From Lingula anatina (taxonomy: Eukaryota; Animalia; Brachiopoda): 64,000 bases of DNA. The notes beneath the pieces were generated by a model that saw nothing but the letters and a program-made list of their open reading frames with translations, was not told the DNA's origin and did not search any database. This document shows positions 39,475 to 54,242 of this stretch, piece by piece. A program made the translations under genes and the position numbers. Where the stretch lies: contig CM120640.1 of assembly GCA_051362555.1 (NCBI GenBank), forward strand, positions 43,130,788-43,194,787, in the 5' to 3' direction. Every line of letters starts with the position of its first letter. The first letter of the stretch is position 1.

Positions 39475-41810
39475 AGAGGTTGAAGCAAATACATCGTTTT
39501 GTAAGTATCACTACTTCTTCAACGGCCTCTGCCATTAAAAACTAAAGGCGCAGACGAATTTACGGCAAATATTCATAACACGACCTTTATATTTATAATA
39601 TTTTGACCATCTTTACTACAATGTCACTCAGAATATCAGAATGTCATTGTGTTGGTTTTGATTATAAAGCTTTGGGACTGCAGGTACACAGAAGAAATGA
39701 TACTCTCAGCTGATCTTTGATGAAAACTTACGTTTGCACGAATTTTTTACGTCTGCACATTTAGTTCTGTTTGAACGTGTTTTTAGGCCCTACAAGATTT
39801 AAAGAGCATTTATGACCTAATTAAGAATGTTTTAATTTAGATGCAAGTATTTCACAAAGAACACCGACTCATTAAGATAATAATGCTTGTCAGAGTTGTG
39901 AGCTATTGATCCTAGGATCAGTGTAGGCCTACTCCTTCAACGTGTACTCCAATTTCATGTTTAAATTTTATCAACGATTCAAACGTCTGAAGGTTATCAT
40001 GGTAGTTCAAAAAACTTTTAATTTAGATAAACTTAAAGCTAATTTTGATCTCTTTCAGATTTCATTCCTTTTTACTATTAGTTTTAAATCAGTCTTTTAT
40101 AAAATTCAATTAGTTTTGTTTATTTTTTAATGTATAATGTTTGAAAGCAGCACTGAGATCTTTGTGCGGCGCAGTTTATCGTCATCATCATTATAATTAT
40201 TATACAGGCGCAAGATTACATATAGCCTTGATAGTTCTCATATATGTTTCAGGAGAGACATGGGCCATCCGCTTTTGCTTAAGATTGACAGGCTCTTGAA
40301 GACCTTTTTGTAAGATAAGTATGCTTTATGTTATGCAACACGTGCACATACACTCACATGTCAATTATTCATTATACAGAGTCTTTTACGCTTCTCTGAA
40401 ATACGCCAGACTTATAGCCCCTCCCTGCAATGCGTGATACATACTGTTTATAGATGTTTGAACACTCAGAAGAAAGTGCAATTTATACGGTGCAAACGGC
40501 CGAAGTAATAACTTCCACAAGTGGAAGTTTTTGTTTTCGGCGCTTTTAGTAAGATATCTCATTATGTAATATCATTAACTCAATACAGGCCATACAATTT
40601 GGCATAACGCAAACTCGATCTCAGCCTTTTTTTTTTTTTTTGCTGCTAGCTGAGCCTGAGCTTCGAGTAAACCAATGAACACGCACATCATTTGAATCAT
40701 CAGCGTCCTTTCTTCTGTTATATATTAAAATGTTATATTTTAGTATTAAAAATGCATGTGTCTTATGTTAAGAGTATGTTCGTTTAATAAAGAATGTATA
40801 CGTTTTCTCATTTCAGAAGCCCGCCGTACCGTGCAACGTGCGCTTCCAAGCAATGTAGCAATTTGGTTCACAATCAGGAATTCGTCGTACTTACATGGAT
40901 CAATTGTATTAAAATTGAATAAATGCTTTTATAATTCCGTGTTTTTTGCTTTGATTTTTGAAATAAGGACGATAAAGATAGTGGTTATAATAAGGAAAAT
41001 GAATTGCATTACATAGATTTCATAAGTACCAAATAATGGAATTTTAGCATTTAAAATGTCTTAACCCGCTGAAAATTGAATCTAAAAGATTTACAATTAT
41101 ATAAACACATTTACTATCTTGCTTTTTGAAATTTTGTTCCAAATTTGTCGTGTACCAAGCTAGTCTTTCTATCCCATGGAACGAAGGCGTTCATCCTCTT
41201 GGATATCATTTCCTCATATTTCTTGATATACCTTTTTTGTACCGCAAACCTTATATTTGACAAACAAACTTTTTATACCTAGATTTCAAATTTGAAAGAA
41301 TGAATAAAGTAAAAATTCTTTAGCAACACTAGGACCACGTTTTTTAAATGGGATCAGTTGAAGTTTGCCAACGGATGAGGCTCATATATATTCAGATGGT
41401 ATAAGATTGATAGAATTTTGCAGTCTCTCTTCTCTTCAAAAATTGGATTTAATTAAAATATCTTAGATTTCCAATTCCCTCGTTTACGTCTTATTTGACT
41501 TGTTTGAATTCAGATTGTCCTAAATGTGTAGTCAATAACGTTCCATTTTCATTTAATTGTGGAATAAAATATTTTAAGATCAAATTATATAATGTCTCAT
41601 TGTCTGCCAAAAGTTCAAATCCCTTCCTAAAAAATTGCCAACATCTTCATTTTTGAAAAATGTTCTCTTTGGTATGTGGCCCTGCATTTTAATATAGGGA
41701 GTTTCATTATATTTTGTTTGTCTTTTTTTTAAAATTATCGTTGAAATTATCATTTTTAATTTGACTGTTTTTGTAATGTTCTTTTGTGATTTTGCTTGGC
41801 ATTTCTTATT

Positions 41811-42430
41811 TGGAATGGATTCACCCCACCTGTCACCCCTCAATTGGAATGGACTCGCCCCACCTGCCACCCCTCAATTGGAATGGACTCATCCCACCTG
41901 CCACCCCTTAATTGGAATGGACTCGCTCCACCTGCCACCCCTCAAATGCAATGGACTCGCCCCACCTGTCACCCCTGAAATGGAATGGACTCGCCCCACC
42001 TGCCACCCCTCAATTGAAATGGACTCATCCCACCTGCCACCCCTCAATTGGAATGGACTCGCTCCACCTGCCACCCCTCAAATGCAATGGACTCTCCCCA
42101 CCTGCCATCCCTTAAATGGAATCGCCCCACCTGTCACCCCTTTATTAGAATGGACTCGCCCCACCTGCCACCCCTTAAATGGAATGGACTCGCCCCACCT
42201 GTCACCCCTTTATTAGAATGGACTCGCCCCACCTGCCACCCCTTAAATGGAATGGACTCGCCCCACCTGTCACCCCTTTATTAGAATGGACTCGCCCCAC
42301 CTGCCACCCCTTAAATGGAATGGACTCGTCCCACCCCTCCAATGGAATGGGCTCGCCCCACCTGCCACCCCTCAAATGGAATGGTCTCGCCCCACCTGCC
42401 ACCCCTCAATTGGAACGGATTTGCCCCACC
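41811..42430. repeat. Minisatellite, ~34-bp unit, ~18 copies
   Basis: Consensus tggaatggactcgccccacctgccacccctcaa(a/t) repeated head-to-tail. Confidence 0.95.
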
Positions 42431-45224
42431 TGTTCCCATTCGATCAATTTCAATCAATGTTAATAAAACAAAGTTGTGTTAATGTGCTGTTTATTATAGA
42501 AAAGTTGAATTACATTAAATAAATACAAACACTTAAGAATTCTCGCACTTTTAGAATATATCTATTGAGGAAATGGACTGAAACGAGTACAACAATTGTT
42601 TTTTTTTTTTTTTACTTTAAGAAAATTAGAAAATTGTGACTTTTTTTGGTCATTTGACTGTGCATGCTTTATTTTCAATATCACTCTTTCGGGTAGCTTT
42701 CGAACTTAATGCCTTTTCTTTTTGTACTGGAATGTCAATACAAGTATTTATGCTGTTCATTTACAGAGACCATTTCTTAAAATGGTACCAACTAAATAAA
42801 AACTCAGAAAAATGATATGTCAGTTTTTTAAAGACAACTAAATAACCAAGTATTGCATAAAGTGTATAAATATAATAGTGTTAAGAACAGGACTAGGAAA
42901 GATAAACTTTTTTGCTAATGGAAATGATTCCTCTGAAATTTGGCGTATCCAAAAATGATTAATACGGTAATGGCTGGCCATTTCAACCGGAAAAATGTGA
43001 ATTTTACAGATACTGTATTTATTTTAGTAATACATTTAAAAGCACCTAATAGTTCTATTCTATACAGCATAACCACCAAAATGCTACATATAAATGTAAA
43101 TGTATTTTTTATGATTCCAAGATTATGTTTCTGAAAAATTGATAATTTTTCCCGGTTGCAATTGAACTAGCTAATAACGTATATATTCACATTTTGTGAC
43201 AAGTTACTCTTCATCTTTTTACTGTAAAATCGATATGAAGGCATTTTTGTGTTAATTTACAGTTTACAAACCTTAACGACATCTAAAGAGGCAAATACAT
43301 TTCAACTTTAGCACATTATTGATTCTAAACATAATCATAATATAACTTTCATTCCTGTCTTTAAGATCAAATCGAAAACAACCAAAAAAAAGCATTTATT
43401 TTTATATATTGCTCGGTATTCACAAGTGCCAGATAAAAGCACTAATAACGAAAATTTACTTCTATTATATATGATAGCAAATGATACGGTAGCTGATCGA
43501 ACCAATAAACACTCAACTCGCAACATTGTTCAGTTGCTCTTCAAGTTTAAAAGTTGCAATAGACAAACATTTTCATGTACATTATGGCATTTTAAATACT
43601 TAAATGATTATACAATTACATAATTAAATAAAATCGGAGAGCAACTGAATTGGTTTCATATAGAATTAAATACATCCGAACTTGTTCCAAGGTATTGTTT
43701 TAAAAACTCTATGATCAATCCATTGGGTATGATAGAGAATAAAAAATAACAGTCCAATTCTGAGTGTAATTTGATAAGGAAACACAATCGATCTTAGAAA
43801 ACGTTTTCAAATGTGTTAAAATCAAATGAGTAGGCCTAAAATGTTGTGCAGTCTCTGTGTAAGTATGTGCGTGCGTGTCTGTGTCCATTTCCAGCTTAAG
43901 ACCAGGGAAGCTTCTGCCAGACGCATGTGCATTTTGCAGGATCTCGGCAAAGGAATAGGCAGTTCTGAAATATCAAAATAACGTTTTAATAACGATAGAA
44001 ATGATATCGCAACGTAATAAAATTTTTGAACTAAGATTAAATTTGCCCAAGGTGAAAAGACTTGCGCTTAACTTTAAAATTGGCATCGAGGCTAACTGAA
44101 TACCAAACTGAAAAAAAGCATGACTGACAAAGGGTATGTCGTTCAAGATAAAACGTCTCGATATGTCACAAGAAATTTCAATAAATGTTGTACGTCAATT
44201 TCTAGTATAAGTTACGAGGATATTGGCAAGGTAATATACAAATAATACTATTTGAAAGTGTTCTTAAACTAAAGACGCAAACGATCGGAGCAATTCCTCC
44301 AAAAGACGGATTACCACAGTACTGATAAAGGCAAAGCATAATTAGGGTCTAGAAGGCTAATGATCTAATGCATATTCAAGCTTTCTCGTGAACGGCAAAT
44401 TTAATTTAATGAACTGTAAAACAGCCTGCTTTTTTATTTGTATAAAAATAGGTAACTATACACACCGAAAATGTCCAATGCTTATCAAGAAATTTTTGTC
44501 ACCACGAAAAAATTTCAAAAGTTCTCTCATACCCGGTATTTGCTTCAGTTTCAAACAGTAAAAACATTTTTCCTAAAATCATATGATGTAATACGGACCC
44601 GTTTAAAGATCCATGAGGATCATAAGAATATAAAAAATATATATATATTAAAGAAGCGTTTTAGAGATACAAAATGCATTTAGATGGAATCACCAGTTGA
44701 ACTGACGACCAGATTAGAGCCGTAACATGCTCACAGTGAGTGACAGTGTTTTTCGAGATTTTTAGAGATTATCATCATTCAAGTTTTGAAGTAAAATACC
44801 AAGGCAATCGAAGTTTAGAACACATAAAATCAAAGGATATTATTACATGGCAATTTGAACTCGTTAACGCAAGAAAGAAGTTGTAAGAAACATCCTTGGT
44901 ACAAACACATGCAAGCATATAAATGTGAAAAGTTACGTTTTATGTGCTTAATTCAATAATGTGGGACGTACAGGTATTGTCAGAGTAATAAACATACTTC
45001 TCCCTTCTGACTATGATGTGACATTAAATGACAAAGATCCTATGTAACCCATTCCACTAACTTTAGATTTAAAGCAAACTTCTGATAAACACTTTGGTGC
45101 AAGCTATTTCAAAGACAAAGAGGACACGCATTTCCATTTTTCTGACAATAACCGTGCAAACCATACTATAGAATTAGACTGGACTTTTTCCGCATTTATA
45201 TGCTTGTAGAATCATTTTACTCAC

Positions 45225-45440
45225 AAGACATATTTGGTTCAACCTAAGAATATTCACACACGCCTGGCACTAACTTCAGCGCTGAATGAAATGTTCGGCT
45301 CTGCGACTTCACCACACCTGTCCTGCGTCCTCTTCTAACAGTCTCCAGCTGTCAAATGACACGTCAAGAAGATAGTTCGCACTGCGCTGGGCGACTTATT
45401 GTTATGCAAATTACAACCGGAGAGGCCAATTTTGATTGGG
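45225..45440 (-). promoter_or_regulatory. Promoter-like GC-richer patch with octamer and paired CCAAT boxes, possible first exon
   Basis: ATGCAAAT at 45404-45411; ggCCAATtttgATTGG at ~45424-45438; minus-strand ATGTCTT|GTGAGT at 45231-45225. Confidence 0.3.
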
Positions 45441-46764
45441 GGAGTGGCTGCTAAAACCGTTCTCAAAGAACGGCGAATCTATAAGATCTTACAGATTAAA
45501 TTATGAAATCAAAGTTTAGGGAACTCTTGACTGATACAGAACATTTATCCATTCGTTCACGTGTCTTAAAATCCTTCATTGCAGAATGCACGAAGACCTA
45601 ATACTATGCCCAGTTACCACTATCGGCTATTGGTTTGAAGTTCGCTCACCTGCCTTTTATCATGCTAATACATTGATTCGACTCGATATAAAAAGCTGCT
45701 CAGTTACTTCACGGTCAAACAAAAAATACGGTTTTGCAGTTACAGTTGATGTCTCGGACAGTGACGGCAAGAACAAATACAGACCAGAATACATATATAC
45801 ACATGCAGCATACGTACATGAAAAATCGGACAGATGCCCTTTTAATAGTACATCACCGAATACCTTCTTTATTTTTTAAACAATGTGCTCGTGGTGAGGA
45901 TAATATAAACATTACTAAAAGAAATAAAAATACCGTGATATTCCAAGATCTTACGAGAAAGGCACATTGTAACCTTATACCAAAAAAAAAAAAAAAAAAA
46001 AACAGGATCCTGTGGAACGTTTTCATATCAGCAAGTCAAAAGTTACTCACACTGCTAAAGCAATCAAATGTGACCTCTGCTAAGTTTAGCACCATAATTT
46101 ATGTCAACTTCTTGGCCATGGATGCAGTTGCATATAACAGAGTTACTAGCGTATCCCACATTTGTCATGGATTGCGCTTCCAATATTGAATAGGACGAGC
46201 CATAAAAACACTCTGCGACACCAGCCTTGTATGTTTCTTGGAAGTGAGAACACGTTTTGGGTGGCAAACCCGATATGTGACATACCGTATAAAATGACGC
46301 CCTAAATTTCTTACAAACAAATGAGGCAAAATCATGTATCAGGAAATAATTATAATGATGAAGTGAACTCCAAATATATTTTCTTATATGCAGGTCATTA
46401 TTTCTTCTGGCAGAAAAAATAATCTTGTCTTGCTTTTTAAAAAACTATACTTGCAATGATCATTGACAGACCGAAAGTCAATGAATATCAGTTACCAGCT
46501 ATATTGAAAATGTCATGTTTGCTCTTGGCTTATATAATGCAGTTGGGTTTGGGCCAATTTTTTATTCATAGTATCAATAAATCTCCAAGTTCCTTGGTAG
46601 CACAGATTAGGTCGAGCATTGGCTAGTGTATGGCACACAGCATATATGGCATCAATCACTGCCACTTCGTCTATGGTCTCCATGTTTTCCATAACAACTG
46701 TTTCAGCTTTCTTGGCACTCAAACAACGTGTGTGACATTACTTCAAACAAGGTGTGACATAATT

Positions 46765-48021
46765 TCAGTCTTCTGGCTCCTTACTGGTTGCTGCAGCTTT
46801 CTTGGTGGTCAAAGCAAGCTCTCTAACCTGTGGCACAAGCTGGACAAGCTGCATAGATATATCCTCATCTTCGCCATCTTCACTCCCTTGTCTCAGCTGT
46901 TTAACTACAAGATCTGGAAATAAAATGGCATTTAGTAAAGTGTTCTAGCCACGAAAGAAGAATGAAATCACAATTCACCTTTTCATTTAAACATAAGGAA
47001 TCTATACTTTTTGAAGTTATACTCCACTTACTTTCTGTTTTAATGACAACTGGATTCTTATATCATTTATATGTAAAATACTAACAGCTTTTTTTCTGTA
47101 TTACTACATTTTGGTATATGAATCCACACACTTGAAGGGTCTTCTTAAAGTTCCCTTTCTTTCAATACTTTCTCCTTATGCAAAATTAAATAAAAACATT
47201 CCAAGATTATTATGAACACTTTCGAAAGTAAAATTGAAAGAACTGGGCATTTACCTTGGAAAGTAGATAGTTTCCCATAATCCTCTGGGGTCATGTATTC
47301 CTTCAGCTGGCTCAGTATCTGTGGCACACATTTGCCCGGTGCATGCAGCATGGTCTGTGTGAAGGTCTGGATAAGCACCACACAGGCCAGGTGGAGCACC
47401 AGGGCTGGCTCTGTCTCTCTACGGAGCTGCTCAGCCAGGGCTTGACGGTGGTTAAATACCAGCTGTCTGAATGAGTTATGAAAATCACATTGAATTTTGA
47501 ATGGGTAATGAGAATAATGTATTTGTATATATGATCTATCGTTTAAGCTCATGCTAAAAAATGCCTAGGATTGTTACTCTCACTATTAAACAAATATTTG
47601 TTCTTTTTTATCATTATTCCAAAATTTGGTACAGTATTAGCTATAAGACTTACAAATATAAACCCATAAGGATGACCATAGGTGAATCAAGAGAGCAAAT
47701 TACATTAATTTGGGATATGTGGTCAATTTCAAGCTAAAACTTTCTGAATGATACCATTCTAAATGAAAAAAAGCACTGAAATGAAAAATATTACACAAAT
47801 GATGAATGTTACACAAATCAGCTCTCACTTTACATTAAAGAGAACATTAAAAACTATAGAAATAAATTTCCCAGCAGGTACCTTTCTTTCTTTTTGTCAG
47901 GCTTTTTTAGCAAGATGCCTAAATGAGATGGTCCACATGCTTCATCCAGCTGGTTATAAAATACTTCAAGGCTCTGAATGGACAAATTGTAACAAAAATA
48001 AACAAAATAATATTCATTACA

Positions 48022-48060
<39 letters not shown>

Positions 48061-51000
48061 CACAATTAACTACATGGATTACACTTCTACACTGTATCAG
48101 TCTCTATAACACTGCAAGATACATCATGCTCCAATTATTGGTATCCTTTTTATATAAAATTCAATTCATACTTCGTGGTAATTAAAACCAAATTTCTGTA
48201 ACAGCAACATGTTCACCTATCTGAAGCAGAACCAACACCTTTAAACATACCTTATCATTTAATGAACTATGAAGTTTGCTAAGTACAGACTTCGATGGCT
48301 CTGGAATGCTTCCAATTATTTTTACCCTCATCTGAAAATAATTACAAGTGGTATATAACACACTTGTTTTCAACACTTATATAACATATAACATATATAA
48401 CATAAATAAAAACCATGAAAAGGAAAAGCAGAAAACAAAAACAATGCAATTTCAAGCTTAATCCAAGCTTAAGATTAATACAATAATGTATGACAGAGAC
48501 ATTTTAGTCACATTTTATAATCAACAACAGCTATCTTTTGCAATGACTTTCCATTACAGCTGTGGTGAAAACAAACATTCCTAATTGATAGGCAACACTA
48601 CAAAGTTAATATCTAACTGCTGTGGAAAGAACTCGAGAGCAGTATGCCACTTACTTCTGGAGTGAGCTGTGTCTTGTCACTCACAGACATCATGTGATCT
48701 GTTGCTATGGCATTAACAATTAGGTTAGTAATATCAGTACATATTGTCTTGAGTAGGTGCTTGGAGAGTTGTGCCTGGACATCCTCTGAAACCAGTTATA
48801 AAACAAAACATGTAAAAAGTGACAAAAGCTGTTTAAGGTATTTACCAAAAAACTTGTTAATGCTATCTAAATCAAAGTTAAATGAATTTCCTCCAAATTG
48901 AATTCATTGTACATCACTAAATGCAGCTGGTTCAAGACATTAGTATCTTAAATTTTTTTGCCAAGTTATAAAAATTTTTAGCACTGTCATATTCTCTGCA
49001 TTCCACATTATAGCCAAGGAAGAACGTTAAAATACCCAATACAGACAGATAGACAGAAGCAGACAAACTCTACCTTTAAACAGCGCTATCCCTTTCTCAA
49101 ACAGTTTTGTATTTGTCCACAAAGTAACCAGTTTCTCTTGCAGCTCTCCCTGTGTCTTCTTTCTAGGAGTTCCTGATGAGGCTGAACTTTGAAGAAAAAC
49201 GGACTTGGCAATCTCCTGGTACTGTCTCTTTAAAGGCCTGTAACATTAAAAATAATAATGACTTTCTTCTTTAAAACCATACCTAACTATTATTCGAGAT
49301 CTTTCTCTTTTAGGATGAAATTAAAAAATTAACACTGCAAGTTAATAAAATTTTTTGTCTGACATTTTTTTTCTTTGTTATAATACCAGCTTTAGATAGT
49401 GCCTGAAGAGGGTTTTAATGCTCATACCTATAAATTTGTTGAGCAACTTCTGTAAGAAATTCTTCATCACAATCCTTGAGATTTTTCTTCAGTATTTCAG
49501 TCAATTCTGGTACTTTCATGAACTCTGCCTCTCTGGGTTTTCCCTTTTGTGATGAAACAGAGGCAGAAACCTCATCCTCAGAATCCTCGTCATGTCCTCC
49601 TCCACGACCATAATGACCTTTCTTCTTGGTGGACTTCATCTTGACCTCTCTGCCCTGTAAACCACCTCCTGATTTCTGACCACCTGGAGTGACAAACAAA
49701 ACAGCTGTATGACACATGACACCTTCAGACTAGCTTGACAATCCAATAAAAAGTACATCATTATTCAGGATACACATTTGGCATAGACATAGGATGGGGA
49801 ATCCTACATTTTATCATTTTATTTATTCAGATAATTTTTTGATCTACTCACAAAAGCAGCCATTTATTTCAATTAGTGAGAAATACGCAAAGTCTTATAG
49901 TTAAAGTGACCCCCCCCCCTCAAATTAAGTCTTCAAAGTAATATTACAAGGTTGAATATTACAAAAACAAGACTTGATTGACTGTCATACCATCCAATTA
50001 TCAAACACAAAGACCACACAAAAGATATCATGTAGCTAACTCACCAGCAGCTTTTTTCCTCCTTGCTTCTTTCCTGTCTTCTTTTGTATTATCTGCAGTG
50101 TCCAGTTGCACCTTCTTGTCACCATCAGGAGACAACAGGACCAAGTTCAGTTTGGAATCCTAGATTGAACAAATGGTTCAGCTTTAAATCCATGACATTT
50201 TACTTCTTCAAATGGCTCAGAGTAATAGAAAGAATTTCTGTTGTTAAGATTTCTATCACATTGGAGACTGTCATTATTCACCACATTTGCTACATCTCCC
50301 CTCATAAAACATGAAACATTATCTTTTTAACAGCTCCAACTGTAAGTCTTCACTGTCTTTGTCTGCTGTTTAAGCACATTCTGCCAAAACATTTGAAACA
50401 CTTTTCATCTTTTCAGATGTAGATGCATAAATACAACATTATACCTTCTCTGCCTTGTCCTGCATCAACTTGTCAAACATCCTGGTACAGCTACTAATGA
50501 ACTTGTCACTGGCAACAATAGTATCAGAGAACACATGGACTCCCTGCTTATGTTTGAGGAAGTCTTGTAGTAGCTGGGCTGCATCACTGCGACTGAATAT
50601 AGATGGCAGCACAGGCTGGAATTGTGGACAAAGGTGTACATGATTAAATTAAGTTAAACATACTTTTAGTGGTAGCATAAATGGGAGAAGAGTAAGTAAA
50701 TGTACATGTAGTACCTGTTTAGGCATTGCACTGCAGTTACTGGTGAATAAATATTTACTATATGACCACAGCACACTACAAATAGATAAAAGAGAGAAAC
50801 ACAAGACCATGCTTTTCTGTGTGCTATTTCGGAGTAAAGACCTTACTTAAAAATGCAAAGATGATAAGGACAGCCACACAAAAAAATGGTATAACATCAG
50901 GAAAATGGTAGCCTGCCACTACTGCAGTATACCAAACCATCCCATGGATTCATTAAATCATTAAAATATGAAATTAAATTCCAAAATCTGTCTGAAATAC

Positions 51001-54000
51001 CATACCATGACATCTGTCCATGTGCCTCCTGCCAATGCTTCATCAACAGTGGCCTCCAGTTGATCCTTGATGCTGGTGCCTGCACAGCATGTACTCAGGA
51101 AACTCAGAGATTCACCCTTGTAACGCTTTTTCAGGAAACCTTTAGGATCGCTTATACCTAGTCTGCTCAGAGAGTCATATTCTGAAAAATAGGTCACATG
51201 CAGTGTTTATATGGAGGTGCTGATCATTACATACAAAAGTTGCAAAGGTACCGTATTAAAGAATGCAGAAAATCACATGTAGTGAGAAAATACAACACAA
51301 ATTGTTTCTTACTTCTTACAAGATTCTATCAGTAATCACTTTGTGCTGATACATGCACATCGGTTTTGCTCACAAAACATTTTATGGTATTTCATACTAG
51401 GCTTCCATCCAGTGCTCTCAAACCTGCAGAATGATGACAAAAATTATAGAAACAGCTGATGTCCACTGTAACATTGCTCTTTCAAAGCATCTCATCCATT
51501 ATCCTAGCATCCATAAAACATTTTAAATTTCCTTCCAAAAGGATGTCAGACATAAAAGTAGGAGATCTCAGAATACTGACCTAGGTAACCGTTCTGTTTA
51601 TAAAAGGCATCCACCCATTCTGTCTGAGACCTAGTGTAGATATCTGGGATGTAAGAGGCTTTATCCTGACGTCCACCAGATATACTGCCAGCCAACCGTC
51701 CACTGCTGACCAGGTCTTCTAGAATGGCTACAAAATAAATAAAACATTAATGTTACATGGATAAGCCATTTTCACCTACAAATAAACAATTTATGCTTAG
51801 CACTAAAGCAACATTAGCATAGAAACTGGACTATTTATGGCAGAGTGGCATGTAATCATGAATATTTATCTAAGGATGTTTTCCAAAAATTCTAATTAAA
51901 GGAAACCTGATTAATCTTTTGCTAACAAGTTGAACAATAATAAATTCATTTTTGCCAGTGATGATAATTACTGTAAAAAAGTCTCTCTGGAAGGTGGTAC
52001 TGGTTTATTATACTCATCACTGGTGTTGGTCTGAAAAAAAGTTAAAGATAATAAAACATCACAAGCTTTTATTTCTCTGCTTTGTCTCAAAATTAAATCA
52101 ACAAACCTTGTTCTAACTGTCTTGTTAAGAAAATAAGTATCCTCCCAAAAATGCACAATTGCAAATACATTCACTAAGGCACATTTCAGTACAATTACAT
52201 TTGAGAAGACTCCTTACCTTGTAACTGCACTAAAAATCCCCCTGATCTTTGCTTTCTGCCTTGCAACAAAAGTTTCAGTAAAGATAACATCCCTGTCAAA
52301 GTCATCTATCTGCCCTTGGACTATAATGCCCAGACGCTCTTTTATCACCTTAAAAAAATCAGGTCCAGATTGTTAACAGGATAGATCTGGCCAAGATCAA
52401 ATATTGATGGTTGTAATCTGTATGATGCCAATAAATAGGTGTCATGTCTTTTAAAATAGATGTTTTAAAATATCACTTGATTTTTTAAATGTAGGAAGCA
52501 TAGCATGCCCACTCCCCTATCTATTTCAGAGTAAGAAGGATTTTAAGTAACTTTTATTTATTATAGTTCTAAAAAGTTGGCATAAGTAATGTGTATCATT
52601 TTCAGACAAAAAAAAGGAAACTGGCAACCAAATTTTATAGAATGTTAATGAATGTATTAAACCAGTAATGCTGATAAATCCCAAATAAATATTGCTGAAG
52701 TTGTACAAAATGTCAAAACAAGTATTAGTATTGGCAGTGTACAAACCTCAGATAAGAAATCTGCTGGCAAGTCATACAGTTTGGTTAGTTCTGCAATTGT
52801 AACTTGTCCTTGTTCTTGGAGCTTATAATTGATTTCCTCCGCTAAGCGGTCAAGGTAGTCCCTAAAAGCACAAATCCAATATTGTTATAGTAATAATTGT
52901 AAGAGCTGAGATTTGACTTTTTCATATAATTTTAACAATGGTTCCTAAAATTTTTTTCAACTTTTAAATACTGCAATTGTCCATTGCTTCTGTGTTCATC
53001 TATTATCTATTTATACTTCATACAAAATTATAGATCTATTAAGAAGAAATCTCTGTAAAAATATGTAACTAACTTGTCAATCAGCTGTCCTAGGACAAGT
53101 GTAAGGTTTTTGTCAGTCTTGAGGATTTCTTCCACTTCATTTTGGATGTGACTCAAATCAACATTTATGGCATGCTGAAGCTCTACCAAGTTGACACGAC
53201 CTGAAAAGAAATAAAACGTCATCAATAAACATGCTGCATTTTCAACTTTCATCTTATCATTTCAAAATAAACCCAGTGATGATTAACAACTGAGATTGGA
53301 AATCAATTATTCCAATGCACATGTTTACCAATGACCTATTATAACTCAGTCTTTGTTCATATAAACAAATGTGTCACTCTATGGGTACTATTTTTTTAAA
53401 ACTTAATTAATTAATGAATAGTACTATCCATGAGTGGAATTAAAGCTTTTATTCACCTCCATGAACAATCAACTCCTCTCGGATTTCCTTAGATATTTCT
53501 TGTGGAGTTAGGTATTCTTTGCCATCTGTTGTGTAGATTACATCTATCAATTTCAACTGTATCAGTTTAGAGACAATTTCAATACAGTTTCTTTCTGAAA
53601 GTCTAAAAAAGAGGAAAAATATATCTAAAGACTTTTGTAACAAAAGTTAGTTTTAATATAGTAAATAACATAACTCACATAACTGACTTTTTCGTTAGGG
53701 TTGCACTTTCCAAGGAATAAAATTATTGAGACTTGGGAGTCAAAAACAAAAAATGTTATAAAGGGTTGTTACTTTTTAGTTTATTCCCTTCGAAGCTAGT
53801 AAATACTTGGTACAAGCTGGCGATTAGTTTTTATGATCTAATCAGTCATACTTTAAACAACTTTAAGGCCACTTTCTACATCAACAAACACCTGTCGTCT
53901 GAAGCGAGTAGTCGACGTGTCCAGGTTGTTGGTATCAGGTCGATTACGCTTTCAATGGAAATTTTGATTGTTTTTTAAATACTTTAACAGTAAAGATATG

Positions 54001-54106
54001 GACAGGGCTTTCAGTTCATGTATATGTCATACCTCTGGACAGTACTACTCAGCTGTGCGCGCTGAAAATCTGCTGCCAGTCGTTTCACCTCTTCCCAATC
54101 AGCCAT
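46765..54106 (-). CDS. UFL1: E3 UFM1-protein ligase 1, ~17 exons
   Basis: Diagnostic N-terminus [39 protein letters not shown]...[11 protein letters not shown]...GGRVNLVEL; also [35 protein letters not shown]. All junctions checked are in-phase GT-AG; stop TGA 46767-46765. Confidence 0.97.
48024..48058. repeat. (GT)n microsatellite in a UFL1 intron
   Basis: About 17 GT units. Confidence 0.9.
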
Positions 54107-54242
54107 GCTTGATCTCGTGGTATTCAGCGAGAAATGTTGAATTGTGGGATATATTGTTTTTAGCGACGGCAACATGGCGGATGCAGGTGGTTAATGTACA
54201 CAAAAAGACGCATGACTCTAAGAGAAATTTTATAAAAGAGAG
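54107..54242. promoter_or_regulatory. Very compact bidirectional promoter (UFL1 / uncharacterised + gene)
   Basis: UFL1 ATG at 54106 (-); plus-strand donor gag|GTGAGG at 54242; YY1-type caacATGGCGg at ~54170-54180. Confidence 0.5.

Noticed and set aside
41761-42522. Repetitive Pro/Trp-rich ORFs or a CRISPR-like array
   Set aside because: Head-to-tail minisatellite with no unique spacers, no cas genes, eukaryotic context; ORFs occur in all frames.
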